Positions 17,919 through 27,017 of a DNA stretch of 50,582 bases are shown in pieces. Where the stretch lies: contig CAYSXZ010000057.1 of assembly GCA_964435235.1 (NCBI GenBank), positions 1 to 50,582 of the forward strand. Direction: 5' to 3'. Position 1 is the first letter of the stretch. Every line of letters begins with the position of its first letter. This DNA comes from Candidatus Micrarchaeota archaeon (GTDB lineage Archaea > Micrarchaeota > Micrarchaeia > Anstonellales > Bilamarchaeaceae). The notes under the pieces were generated by a model. It was not told the origin of the DNA. It saw only the letters and a program-made list of their open reading frames with translations, and did no database searches. Both the position numbers and the translations under genes were made by a program.

Positions 17919-18317
17919 CTATTTCAGTAGCTTGGCTTTTTCATAATATCTGAAATGGGGATCCTTTGAAACTATCAGGGCGTTTTCATTTTTTCCATGC
18001 ACCATAATCACGCAATCTGCCAGAGAAATTTCCTTGTCTTTCTTTTTTAAATCAGAATGTAGTTCTCCTGCTTTTTCTGCTACATCTTGATTTAAATCCA
18101 GTATCGTGCAATTTTGTTTTAGCACTCTTACAAACTTTGCCGGATCCTTGTTTGCTCTTCTTAATTTGCTGATTAATTCTGCCATAACTAACGCAGGTAT
18201 GAAATTTGATGTACCTTCGTCTATAAATAGTTCTTTTACTTCGCTACCGCTTTCGCTACCCAGAAAAAATTCTATTAGGGCAGATGTATCAAAGATTATG
18301 TTATTCTCTCCACTCAT
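17919..18317 (-). CDS. vapC: PIN-domain toxin VapC
   Basis: IIFDTSALIEFF N-terminus (first acidic residue) and conserved D/E later. 132 aa. Overlaps the upstream antitoxin ORF. Confidence 0.85.
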   Translation of the reverse strand: MSGENNIIFDTSALIEFFLGSESGSEVKELFIDEGTSNFIPALVMAELISKLRRANKDPAKFVRVLKQNCTILDLNQDVAEKAGELHSDLKKKDKEISLADCVIMVHGKNENALIVSKDPHFRYYEKAKLLK

Positions 18318-18555
18318 GCAGTCTATCCTCCCTGCAGCTCCAGCTTATTTTTGCACCCTTGATGGCTCCGAATATCGATAGAATCTCCTCTTTATTCTTC
18401 TTTTTCTTTTTATGAATGCTTGCCACTACTTTTTCGTTTGGGCCAAGACCTAATTCATCTCTGACTTCTGCAGGAATGAATATGGCAAGTGAATTGCCTA
18501 CTTGTTTTGTTACGGCTTCCAAAGTTACATTTTCCATATTATCACCATTTAACAT
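18301..18555 (-). CDS. vapB: AbrB/SpoVT-family antitoxin VapB
   Basis: VGNSLAIFIPAEVRDELGL is a SpoVT/AbrB swapped-hairpin motif. The start may be the ATG at 18537. The palindrome aacatgtt lies between a TATA-like box and the start. Confidence 0.8.
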   Translation of the reverse strand: MLNGDNMENVTLEAVTKQVGNSLAIFIPAEVRDELGLGPNEKVVASIHKKKKKNKEEILSIFGAIKGAKISWSCREDRLHEWRE

Positions 18556-18890
18556 GTATAATTAAACATGTTAAATTTATAAAGCTTTCTGCTAGATAGT
18601 AATATAGCCAACAAAAAGTACCCCGTGAGAAGCGTTTCAAAAGAGCTGGCTAATGCAATTACTGGATAGCGCAAATGAAATCATGGAAAGGACGACCATC
18701 GCTATTCCGAATATAAATCATTCCAATAACAAAAACCTTCTTTTCCACTCATCTCGGGTTTAGGCGGTAAAAGCTGCAGGGGAGAAAAAAACAGGATTGC
18801 TATATTTTTCTTCATATCTATCTACTCTTTACATCGTCGTCGTTGATTACGCGTCCGCTTGTCGCGCGTTTCATGCTTGAGCTCTTTCCC

Positions 18891-19538
18891 CTATTTTTCT
18901 TGCTTTCCCTTTTCCGTTTCCGACTTCTTTTCCTCTTCTTTTGCCACAATTGTACCTATTTGCTCTACAATTTCCTCCTCTGATATGAACTGGTAATTCG
19001 CCTTTCCGAATTTTTCATAGAACTTCTTCTGGTCTTCAAGCTTGGACGGTGTTTCAAGTATCTTTTCTATTCCCATCCATGTCATATACCATCCTAAAGG
19101 TACAAGAAGGATTTCCGGGAGTTTTAAAATGAAATCAGAATTGTGATTATACGTTGCAAGGAGTATAGTGGTCGATAGAATAACAAAACCTATGACTAGA
19201 TATATTCCGCCCTTCTCCTTCTGCTTCTTCAGCTCGTAATCTATACTCTTGAGTTGCATTGTAAAATAATCCTTCAGCCTTTTTTTGATGAGGGCCTCGG
19301 TCTTTGCGGAGCGGAGTGTAGCCGGTAGGGAGAATCTGACTTCGAAATTACCTTTTTTGTTCTCGATGTAGCGCTTTTGGACTTCCTTAAGAAAATCATC
19401 AGAGAGAAGCCTGGAGGAATATGGAGAAGGGTCGAAGTCGGAAAAGATATCGTCGTAGTTGTCCAGCGCAATGTGAACAAGATTGATGAACGCAGCAGGC
19501 TTCATTTCTTCTGCTGCTACTGCTTTCTTTATCTCCAT
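18891..19538 (-). CDS. Membrane hypothetical protein
   Basis: Likely start MEIKKAV at 19538. Two central TM spans. Divergent from padR. Confidence 0.5.
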   Translation of the reverse strand: MEIKKAVAAEEMKPAAFINLVHIALDNYDDIFSDFDPSPYSSRLLSDDFLKEVQKRYIENKKGNFEVRFSLPATLRSAKTEALIKKRLKDYFTMQLKSIDYELKKQKEKGGIYLVIGFVILSTTILLATYNHNSDFILKLPEILLVPLGWYMTWMGIEKILETPSKLEDQKKFYEKFGKANYQFISEEEIVEQIGTIVAKEEEKKSETEKGKQEK

Positions 19539-19591
19539 GGATTCATATGGGGCAGAAACCTTTAAATAATCTAATATGTAATATAACATAC

Positions 19592-19942
19592 ATGTCAGAT
19601 AATGCACATAAATACGAGTTAGGAACCTTTCAGATGCAAATATTATGGCTTCTAAAGAACGAACCTATGCATGGATATGCTATAATGAAAAAACTAGAAA
19701 ATATGAGAAGGGATAAAGTACAACACAGTACTCTTTATCCAGCATTACAGAAACTAACAAAAAGCGGATATATAGAAGTAAGAGAAAAGGGAGAGCGGCA
19801 GAAAAAGATCTATGCACTTACCCCTATCGGAAAGAGAATTATGGAAAAAAGTTGTGAGGATTTTGTACTTGCTTTTTCTGATATAATTCAAGACTATAAA
19901 TGCAGGAAATGCAATGTAAAAAATTGCGGTGAGAATGAATGA
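19592..19942 (+). CDS. PadR-family transcriptional regulator with C-terminal Cys cluster
   Basis: MHGYAIMKKLE ... STLYPALQKLTKSGYIE winged-helix PadR signature. C-terminus C-x19-CRKC-x4-C. 4-nt overlap (ATGA) with nifS. Confidence 0.85.
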   Translation: MSDNAHKYELGTFQMQILWLLKNEPMHGYAIMKKLENMRRDKVQHSTLYPALQKLTKSGYIEVREKGERQKKIYALTPIGKRIMEKSCEDFVLAFSDIIQDYKCRKCNVKNCGENE

Positions 19943-21144
19943 AGGTATATCTTGATCATGCTGCAACAACACCAGTAGACAAAAGAGTACTAGATGCAAT
20001 GCTACCGTATTTTAGTGAGAAATACGGAAATCCCTCCTCTATTTATGGTTTTTCAAGAGAAGCACGAGAGGCTATTGAAGAGGGGAGAACTGAGGTAGCA
20101 AGATTGATAGGCGCAGACCCCTCTGAAATAATTTTTACTTCTGGCGGTACAGAAGCAGACAACCTCGCCATAAAAGGAACGACGGCTGCGCATGAAGGAA
20201 AGCACATCATTACTTCTGCGATAGAGCACGCCGCAGTTCTTGCTACATGCGAAGCCCTTAAAAAACAAGGGTATGAGGTCACGTATGTTTCTGTAGATAA
20301 AGACGGCATAGTTTCTGTTAAAGAGATAGAAGACGCGATACGGGATGACACCGTTCTTATTACGATCATGCACGCAAACAACGAGATAGGGACGATACAG
20401 CCGATAGCAGAGATAGGTAAGATCGCGCATGAAAGGGGAATTGTTTTTCATACAGATGCTGTGCAAAGCATTGGGAAAGTACCTATAGACGTAAATGAAC
20501 TCAATGTCGATCTTCTTTCAATCTCTTCTCATAAAATTTACGGACCGAAAGGGATAGGAGCACTTTACGTAAGAAATGGCACGAATCTCGCACCGCTTCT
20601 TCATGGAGGTGGACACGAGCGTGGCATTCGCTCTGGCACGGAGAATGTTCCTGGTATTGTAGGATTTGGAACCGCTGCACAGATAGCTGCTAGAGAGATG
20701 AATTCTGATGCCGAAAGAACAAAAAGATTAAGAGACAGATTGATAGACGGAGCACTTGAAATAGAAAATAGTTGGCTTAATGGTAGCAGAGAAAAAAGAC
20801 TTCCAGGAAACGCAAATTTGGGATTCAGGTTTATAGAAGGGGAGGCACTTATTTTAGAGTTGGATGGTCATGGAATATATGCAAGTACTGGAAGTGCGTG
20901 CTCTTCAAGATCGCTTGAGCCAAGCCATGTATTAAGAGCGATAGGATTACCGCCTCATGAGTGCCACGGCTCTTTAAGAATGACTCTCGGAAAAGAAAAC
21001 ACAGAAGAGGAGATAGAATATGTTTTAGAAGTGCTTCCAAAGGTCGTAGAAAAACTTAGAAAGATATCTCCGTTCAAGAAAGATTTTGGCGAATACGAGA
21101 AATCGCTTCGAAAAAGCTCTGGAGGTAATACTCATGTACACTGA
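19939..21144 (+). CDS. iscS: Cysteine desulfurase (NifS/IscS type, class I)
   Basis: SSHKIYGPKGIGALY (PLP lysine), SGTENVPG, and the GSACSS active-site Cys loop. Confidence 0.93.
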   Translation: MKVYLDHAATTPVDKRVLDAMLPYFSEKYGNPSSIYGFSREAREAIEEGRTEVARLIGADPSEIIFTSGGTEADNLAIKGTTAAHEGKHIITSAIEHAAVLATCEALKKQGYEVTYVSVDKDGIVSVKEIEDAIRDDTVLITIMHANNEIGTIQPIAEIGKIAHERGIVFHTDAVQSIGKVPIDVNELNVDLLSISSHKIYGPKGIGALYVRNGTNLAPLLHGGGHERGIRSGTENVPGIVGFGTAAQIAAREMNSDAERTKRLRDRLIDGALEIENSWLNGSREKRLPGNANLGFRFIEGEALILELDGHGIYASTGSACSSRSLEPSHVLRAIGLPPHECHGSLRMTLGKENTEEEIEYVLEVLPKVVEKLRKISPFKKDFGEYEKSLRKSSGGNTHVH

Positions 21145-21505
21145 AAAACTTATGGAACATTTTAGAAACCCGAGGAATATGGGAAGAATGGAAAATGCAG
21201 ATGGCATCGGAAAGGTTGGAAATCCAGTATGCGGAGATGTTATGTATATTTACATAAAAGTAAAAGAGAACAGAATAGAAGATATAAAATTCGAGACATT
21301 TGGTTGTGCTGCGGCGATAGGAACGAGCAGCATGATTACAGAACTTGCAAAGGGTAAAACATTAGAAGAAGCTATGAAGATAACAAATAACGATGTGGCT
21401 AAAGAACTTGGTGGTCTGCCGCCTATAAAGATGCATTGTTCTGTTCTTGCAGCTGATGCCCTGAAAGCAGCAATAAATAACTATTTAGAAAAAAATAGAA
21501 AATGA
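21134..21505 (+). CDS. iscU: Fe-S cluster scaffold IscU/NifU N-terminal type
   Basis: HFRNPRNMG, GNPVCGD, FGCAAAIGTSS and MHCS motifs. ATG at 21134 overlaps the iscS end by 11 nt. Confidence 0.92.
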   Translation: MYTEKLMEHFRNPRNMGRMENADGIGKVGNPVCGDVMYIYIKVKENRIEDIKFETFGCAAAIGTSSMITELAKGKTLEEAMKITNNDVAKELGGLPPIKMHCSVLAADALKAAINNYLEKNRK

Positions 21506-21507
21506 GA

Positions 21508-21678
21508 TTAGAAAGTTTTTCCAAAGCCTTTTTTTATTAAGTCAACAAATAGTTTCTTAGGAAGCACGATAGAAACCGTGCATCCACACTTAGAACATCT
21601 AAAATTATTACCTTTATAATCAGAACGATCTGCTACTTTCCCGCAATTGCCACATATCTCAACAAAATTCTTGCTCAT
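21508..21678 (-). CDS. Small zinc-ribbon protein (56 aa)
   Basis: Hand-translated: MSKNFVEICGNCGKVADRSDYKGNNFRCSKCGCTVSIVLPKKLFVDLIKKGFGKTF. CxxC...CxxC. Below the ORF-track cutoff. Confidence 0.6.
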   Translation of the reverse strand: MSKNFVEICGNCGKVADRSDYKGNNFRCSKCGCTVSIVLPKKLFVDLIKKGFGKTF

Positions 21679-21688
21679 TTATAGTCCT

Positions 21689-21892
21689 CTATTTTATATT
21701 ATTTTCTCTTTTTTTAGTTTTTTCTTTACTCAGACCGTGGTTTTCTTGCAGTCTCTGTACGACCTTTTCATAATCTTTTAAAGGAACAGTCATTATCAAA
21801 TGACTACCGCATCTTGGACATGTGAATAAGTTTCTTTTTGTTGTCATCGATACCATTTTGCCACACTTTGCACATATTTCTACTTCTTCCAT
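21689..21892 (-). CDS. Small zinc-ribbon protein (67 aa)
   Basis: CAKCGK ... CPRCGS pairs. In tandem with the 56-aa zinc-ribbon ORF. Confidence 0.6.
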   Translation of the reverse strand: MEEVEICAKCGKMVSMTTKRNLFTCPRCGSHLIMTVPLKDYEKVVQRLQENHGLSKEKTKKRENNIK

Positions 21893-21899
21893 GTTTTTT

Positions 21900-22445
21900 T
21901 TACAGAGTAGGGCGTTTAAATATCTTTGTTTTTGCAGGCAGTATTATCAGGGAATCACATATGTAGGAAAATGTTTTTTCAAGATTTTTTTCTTCAGCAG
22001 GATAAGTATAAAATATTGAAAAAATCCGGTCGCCGGTGTAGAATATAAATCGTTTACCTGCAAATGTTCTTCCTTTATTTTCATACCAATAGGTAGCTGT
22101 GAAGCACGGATACCCCATAAATTTTGATGGACAAGCCTTGGCTATCATGCCAGAAGAGGAGGACTCTATCTCGTTCTTTGCGTATTTCTTAAAATTAAAC
22201 TTTAGAGGTATGATTGTTTCGACCCCTATTCTAATCTGCGAATTGCTTCTTTTTGAATGAAAAACTACTGCATACCCACCTTCATCTACTACTACAGGCG
22301 GGTCGTACTTCCAATCTTTAGGATAGAAAATCGAAAAATGACCATAAAAATCGTCGTAATTTTTAAAATGAGTCTTCTCAAATTCTGGCTCGCGCTGTTT
22401 ATATTTAAAAATATTTTTTACAGCATCTAAGAGACTTGGTTTCAT
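21900..22445 (-). CDS. Hypothetical protein
   Basis: 181-aa ORF packed tightly between dph5 and the zinc-ribbon ORFs. No motif recognised. Confidence 0.5.
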   Translation of the reverse strand: MKPSLLDAVKNIFKYKQREPEFEKTHFKNYDDFYGHFSIFYPKDWKYDPPVVVDEGGYAVVFHSKRSNSQIRIGVETIIPLKFNFKKYAKNEIESSSSGMIAKACPSKFMGYPCFTATYWYENKGRTFAGKRFIFYTGDRIFSIFYTYPAEEKNLEKTFSYICDSLIILPAKTKIFKRPTL

Positions 22446-22448
22446 TAG

Positions 22449-23162
22449 TTATTGTTTAAATGAAAATGCTTTCAAACATTCCTCTTCTATGGGATGGAGC
22501 TTCGCGGGAATAATAATAGAGAAGGGCGGCTTTCCAAGATCTTCTTTCTTGAGATCTTCTATTTTTCCGTACGTTATCTTTTCATCCTTCTCTCCGAGCC
22601 TTGAGAGAACTATGGCTTCCTCGAATTCTGAAAGCATTTGAAGGGCTGTCTTAGTATCCATAGGTTGTGGTTCTGTATCAAGTAAAACAAGGGTATGCAT
22701 ATTCATGCTCCTATTCGTTCTTATAACGTCAAGCGAAGACGTTGGCTTATAATTAGGCCGAGGATTTACAAGGGTAGCAGTTCTACCGAAGCGATAGATT
22801 TGGAGGCCAGTCTTACCTGGTCCTACAGTATAAATAGAAGAGTTATGAATTACTTTTACCTCTACGTTGCTCTTTCTTGCATCTAAAATAAGAGCAACAT
22901 GTGTTGTGGCAGTTAGTGGATCTCCGCTTGATAGAAGGGTAACATCCTTTTCCTTAGCTTTCCTGATAAGAAAATCGCTCTCTACTTCCTTTCGTTCTAT
23001 TATATTTACCTTTTTATTAATTTTTTTTTCTATCTCACTGATTTTTTCCTTTAAAGCTGGATTTGTGTAAACCTCCAAGTATACCTCTTCGCATTTTTTG
23101 AGTGCTGATAATCCTTCTAATGTGAGGTCCATTGATATGCCGGTTCCGATGAGATAGAGCAT
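22449..23162 (-). CDS. dph5: Diphthine synthase
   Basis: MLYLIGTGI ... tetrapyrrole-methylase fold with SGDPLTATTH, typical of archaeal Dph5. Confidence 0.88.
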   Translation of the reverse strand: MLYLIGTGISMDLTLEGLSALKKCEEVYLEVYTNPALKEKISEIEKKINKKVNIIERKEVESDFLIRKAKEKDVTLLSSGDPLTATTHVALILDARKSNVEVKVIHNSSIYTVGPGKTGLQIYRFGRTATLVNPRPNYKPTSSLDVIRTNRSMNMHTLVLLDTEPQPMDTKTALQMLSEFEEAIVLSRLGEKDEKITYGKIEDLKKEDLGKPPFSIIIPAKLHPIEEECLKAFSFKQ

Positions 23163-23263
23163 AAATAAAAACTCGCAGAAAAAAATTATTAATTGTTCTT
23201 TTTCTACAAAGCATCTATAGCCATAAACGAAAACATTATATTTGTTATTTGAGTAATATATTC

Positions 23264-24847
23264 ATGCAAAGGCAGATAGATGAGAAAAATAAAAAAGCGG
23301 ACGCAACAAACGGGAATGGAGAAAAGAGAAACGGTTTCTCCAGAATTGATCCTTACGCGCCAGAGCAGCACCTCTTTATGGATCTCCTAAAAAGATATCT
23401 TGTTGAAGAGCAGAAGTTTGGAATAGTTGACGGAGAGAAGGTGCGGGCTTTACAGAAAGACAAAGGGACTGTTATCTACGATAATGAGACCATATTCAAT
23501 CGTGCGCTTGGCGAAGATAAAAAACAATCAAATTTTTTTGTTTTTATGAGAAGGATAAAGGACGAAAGAGGGTCAAGTAAGGTGGAGGTTTATTTCTCAG
23601 ACCCAGAGGTAAAAAACGAACAAAACACTATAAATGAAAAAAAAGAAGACTATCTGATACGAGAAGTATTTGTTATGGGTGACGAAAATGACGCTGCTAG
23701 AAGAGTAGCAGAAAGAATCGCTAAGTGCGCTGAGAAAAAACCTAAAAACGAATACAGGAAAATATCCCACGGGCATTGGGGAAAGATAGGGGATAGATGG
23801 ATAGCAGATGATGGAGTCTCGCGTTTCGAAGATGTGATTAGAACAATGATGCTTTACCATATAGACTACGACGCGACGAGTCCACATAATTCATTTGAGG
23901 AAGAGGTTTTCGATTTTCTTTCGAATTTAGAAAAATTGATAGGTATAGAAAAGATACCGGCAACAGAACTTACGGCTGCTTTCCCTCCGGATGGTCCAAA
24001 TGGTCCCCATCTCCTTCTTTGGATGGCTGATAAAGAGACTGCAGCAGGAATAAAAAATGAAATTCTCGAGAGAAGAAAGAATCTAAAGATGATATCTTAC
24101 TTCTCCGGGATGACAATATGGGAGATGCTTCCTGTAATAGGAAAATACAGAGATGATAAAAAACTCGCTCTCGGTATAGCTCATCCGGCTAATTTTACTT
24201 CTAAAATATTACCAATTTATAATATTGGGTTATTAAGCGCGATCAAAAAAGGAAAGTTGGATATTTCCACCGTGGAACAGATTGTTGCTATGTCGGATTC
24301 GGTAGGGGCATGGAATCCGTGTATGAATGAAAACATTCCTTTAGATCCAACATTTTTCAAAGGATATGTAGCGCCTATGATTCATAGAAATTTAGGAATT
24401 AAGAGAATGACTACAAATGCCATCAACCTTGCATTTTCCTTCGAGATGAGAAATAAATACAATGTTTATACTCATTTTGATCCAGATGATCATACCACAA
24501 TGCCCATGAACTATGATTGCGGCGGGGATAAATACGGAATGGGATTTACGCAAATAATCGTACCGCCGAGAATTTATGAGGGGTTAAAGGCTAAACCAAA
24601 TTCTAGAGAACTTATAGAGATGATACGAAAAAGAGAAATTGTGATGAAGTCTGTTCAATATATAACAAAGACCAATGACGAGGTAAGAATAGCAAACTCG
24701 AGAAAGGACATTCCGATCGGAAAAGTAGAGTTATTTGAGAGATTAAAAAAGGCATCCATGCGAAGATACATAAATGCCCTTACAAATGATTTCTGGAATA
24801 TGTTATGGCATGGCGAATTCCATGAGATAGGAGATATGAAAGGATAA
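23264..24847 (+). CDS. Large hypothetical protein (about 527 aa)
   Basis: Long uninterrupted ORF (opens at 23249, first ATG at 23264). No family recognised by eye. Confidence 0.6.
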   Translation: MQRQIDEKNKKADATNGNGEKRNGFSRIDPYAPEQHLFMDLLKRYLVEEQKFGIVDGEKVRALQKDKGTVIYDNETIFNRALGEDKKQSNFFVFMRRIKDERGSSKVEVYFSDPEVKNEQNTINEKKEDYLIREVFVMGDENDAARRVAERIAKCAEKKPKNEYRKISHGHWGKIGDRWIADDGVSRFEDVIRTMMLYHIDYDATSPHNSFEEEVFDFLSNLEKLIGIEKIPATELTAAFPPDGPNGPHLLLWMADKETAAGIKNEILERRKNLKMISYFSGMTIWEMLPVIGKYRDDKKLALGIAHPANFTSKILPIYNIGLLSAIKKGKLDISTVEQIVAMSDSVGAWNPCMNENIPLDPTFFKGYVAPMIHRNLGIKRMTTNAINLAFSFEMRNKYNVYTHFDPDDHTTMPMNYDCGGDKYGMGFTQIIVPPRIYEGLKAKPNSRELIEMIRKREIVMKSVQYITKTNDEVRIANSRKDIPIGKVELFERLKKASMRRYINALTNDFWNMLWHGEFHEIGDMKG

Positions 24848-24983
24848 AAATGAATACAATACGCATGCGGAATCAGTAAATCCGAAAGTGAATAAAAAGC
24901 GTCGGTTGATTTGAACGCCTAGCGTTCGAGCGCTTTTGTTATAAAAGATGTTCGGACTCACTGCAGCCTACCGTTTCGAAACC

Positions 24984-24993
24984 TTTATAAATA
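24984..24993 (+). promoter_or_regulatory. Putative TATA box of the 23S rRNA transcription unit
   Basis: tttataaata, identical to the box upstream of tRNA-Arg. Located about 120 nt upstream of the 5' strand of the processing stem. Confidence 0.5.
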
Positions 24994-25112
24994 TAATATT
25001 CTCTAATATTGCCTGCAAACTGCTATTCCTATGAGCGTAGGATAACTACGCGATGGAAATACTAATAGAGCATTTGCTCTCTCCCTGTTTTTCAGGGAGT
25101 TAGAAGAGTGTG

Positions 25113-25185
25113 AAGAGATAACAGAAATATGGAAGATACTCATGAGAAGTCTTTGGTGATAATCATCAAGGACAGTGTAATGGGT
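25113..25185 (+). other. 5' strand of the pre-23S rRNA processing stem
   Basis: aagagataacagaaa..ggaagatac pairs with 28564-28590 (gtacttcc..ttttctgttatcttt). cagtgtaatgggt pairs with acccattactg at 28546-28556. Confidence 0.75.
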
Positions 25186-26078
25186 GGACAAAATTGCGAA
25201 ATTTTGTCCGCATTGGAAATCATCAAATTTTCAATGCAACTAGATATGCAAACCACCTAGAGGATGGCTAGGCTTATGCCCGCACGGTCACGCGGCAAGC
25301 TGCGATAAGCCTTGGGTAGCCGCAAGCAGGCTTTGAACCAAGGGTCTGACTGCGCACAGTAATGTGCAGCAACTCCCCGAAATGAAGCGTCTTAGTAGGG
25401 GAAGGAAAAGAAACCAATAGGGATCCGGTTAGTAACAGAGAGTGAAAGCCGGAGAGATCAAGCTGAATTCCTCTGCAGTAATGCAGAGGTAGATGTGGCG
25501 GGGTGCAACCTCCTTCTCATCCGAAGTTGCTTGGAACAGCGCACCTTAGCGGGTGATAGTCCCGTAGGAGAAGGAAGGAGGTGCTAACCAAGAAGAGTAG
25601 TGTCTCTTGGATAAGAGGCATGAAGATGGGTGTATCAACATCCAATTCTAAATATGGGGCATAAGACCGATAGCGAAACAGTAGCGCGAGCGAACGCCGA
25701 AAAGTACCCCGGAAGGGGTGTGAAAAGATCCTAAAACTAGGTGGTGACAGCATGATACGGCACGAAAGGGCAGGGCTGCAGAAGCGACCTCTGGTAACGG
25801 AGGAAGCGATGCAGTTTAACCAGTGTCGTGTCTTTCTTCTCGAAGCAAGAGCCAGGGAGTTTGTGGGCGTGGCGAGGCGAAAGCCGAAGCGAAAGCGAGT
25901 GTCCGCAGCGCAGCAATGCGTGAGGGACGTCGTGGTAACTCGCGACCAGTCACTCTCACAAGACCCGAAGCCATTGTGATCTACGCCCGAGCAGGACGAA
26001 GCCAACCTGACGGTTGGTGGAGGTCCGCAACTAGTGGTAGTATATTCTCCTTAGGTGACTTGGGTGTAGGGGTGATAG

Positions 26079-26123
26079 ACAACCTTTGTCCAGGTTTTTA
26101 GGAAGGGACAAAAGTTGGTCAGT
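26079..26123 (+). other. BHB mini-intron I1 (45 nt, loop AGGUUUUUAGGAAG), 23S domain II
   Basis: Central helix tgat (26073-76) / gtca (26118-21). Bulges aga and gtt. 12-position stem caacctttgtcc/ggacaaaagttg (one C-A mismatch). Removal leaves GGGGUGAUAG|UCCUGUCGAAC. Confidence 0.75.
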
Positions 26124-26970
26124 TCCTGTCGAACGTGGCAATAGCGGGTTCCCCTCGAAATGTGTCTCAGCACAGCGTCTCTGGAGAATGATGTGGAGGT
26201 AGAGCACTGATTAGACAGAGCGGTACCGAAAGGTATCACTGTCTTTTCAAACTCCGAATGCCACATCTTCGTAGAAGGAGGCAGTGGGGTTGCCGGAGTA
26301 AGTTTGGCGACCTATTCGTGAACGAACGTACGTAAGGTTAAGGACCCTAAATTCTGACTAAGTGTTAATCGCAAAGGAGTCTCCATTCGAAAACAACCGG
26401 GAGGTAGGCTTAGAAGCAGCCATCCTCTAAACAACGCGTAATAGCGGACCGGTCGAGAGTGCAGACTCTGAAGATTCACGGGACTAAGTCAGATTCCGAT
26501 ACCTTACCCAGGCCAAAAGCCTTGGACTAGGGGGGCGAACGGGAAGCGTAGAAGTTAGGCCGTGAGGTCTAATGGAGCGACCTGTTATGAATATCCTGGT
26601 GTTAGTAGCAGCATATCTGGATGAGAATTCCAGACACCTTATAGAGCAAGGTTTCCTCAGCCACGTTCTTCAGCTGAGGGTTAGGCGATCCTAAGAACTT
26701 AGGTAACTCCGAAAGTTCGAAATTAGGGAAGCCGGTTAATATTCCGGCCCTGCAGAGGTAGGTGCGGCAACGCGTGCCATTCTCTGACTCCTTTGGATAG
26801 GTGAAGCGGCTACGGCCGTCTGAGGAGAGTAAACTCGTGGAGTCTCATTATGAGGAGAAGCGGGCGAAACTCTAAGGGGAAACTTCATCGAATCCAGGGG
26901 ACCATGAAAAACGAGAATGGATCGATCCTCTGCAATCGTACCGAGAACTAGTACAGGTGCTCTAGCTGAA

Positions 26971-27017
26971 ATCCAAAGAACAGGTGTTCTTTGTCTGTCC
27001 TGTTTTTTGAACAGTAC
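26971..27017 (+). other. BHB mini-intron (47 nt, different loop UGUUCUUUGUCUGU)
   Basis: Central helix gctg (26965-68) / cagt (27012-15). Bulges aaa and aca. 13-position stem. Removal gives ACAGGUGCUCUAGCUGAA|AAGGCUAAGGUG, the same length as the reference ACAGGUGGUCAGGUAGAGAAUACCAAGGCG. Confidence 0.65.

Noticed and set aside
25186-25209. Leader hairpin ggacaaaat-tgcga-attttgtcc, whose stem resembles the stem of the SRL mini-intron
   Set aside because: The shared 8-mer is A/T-rich and short, and the loop is unrelated. I could not draw a BHB around it, so I treat it as an ordinary leader hairpin.
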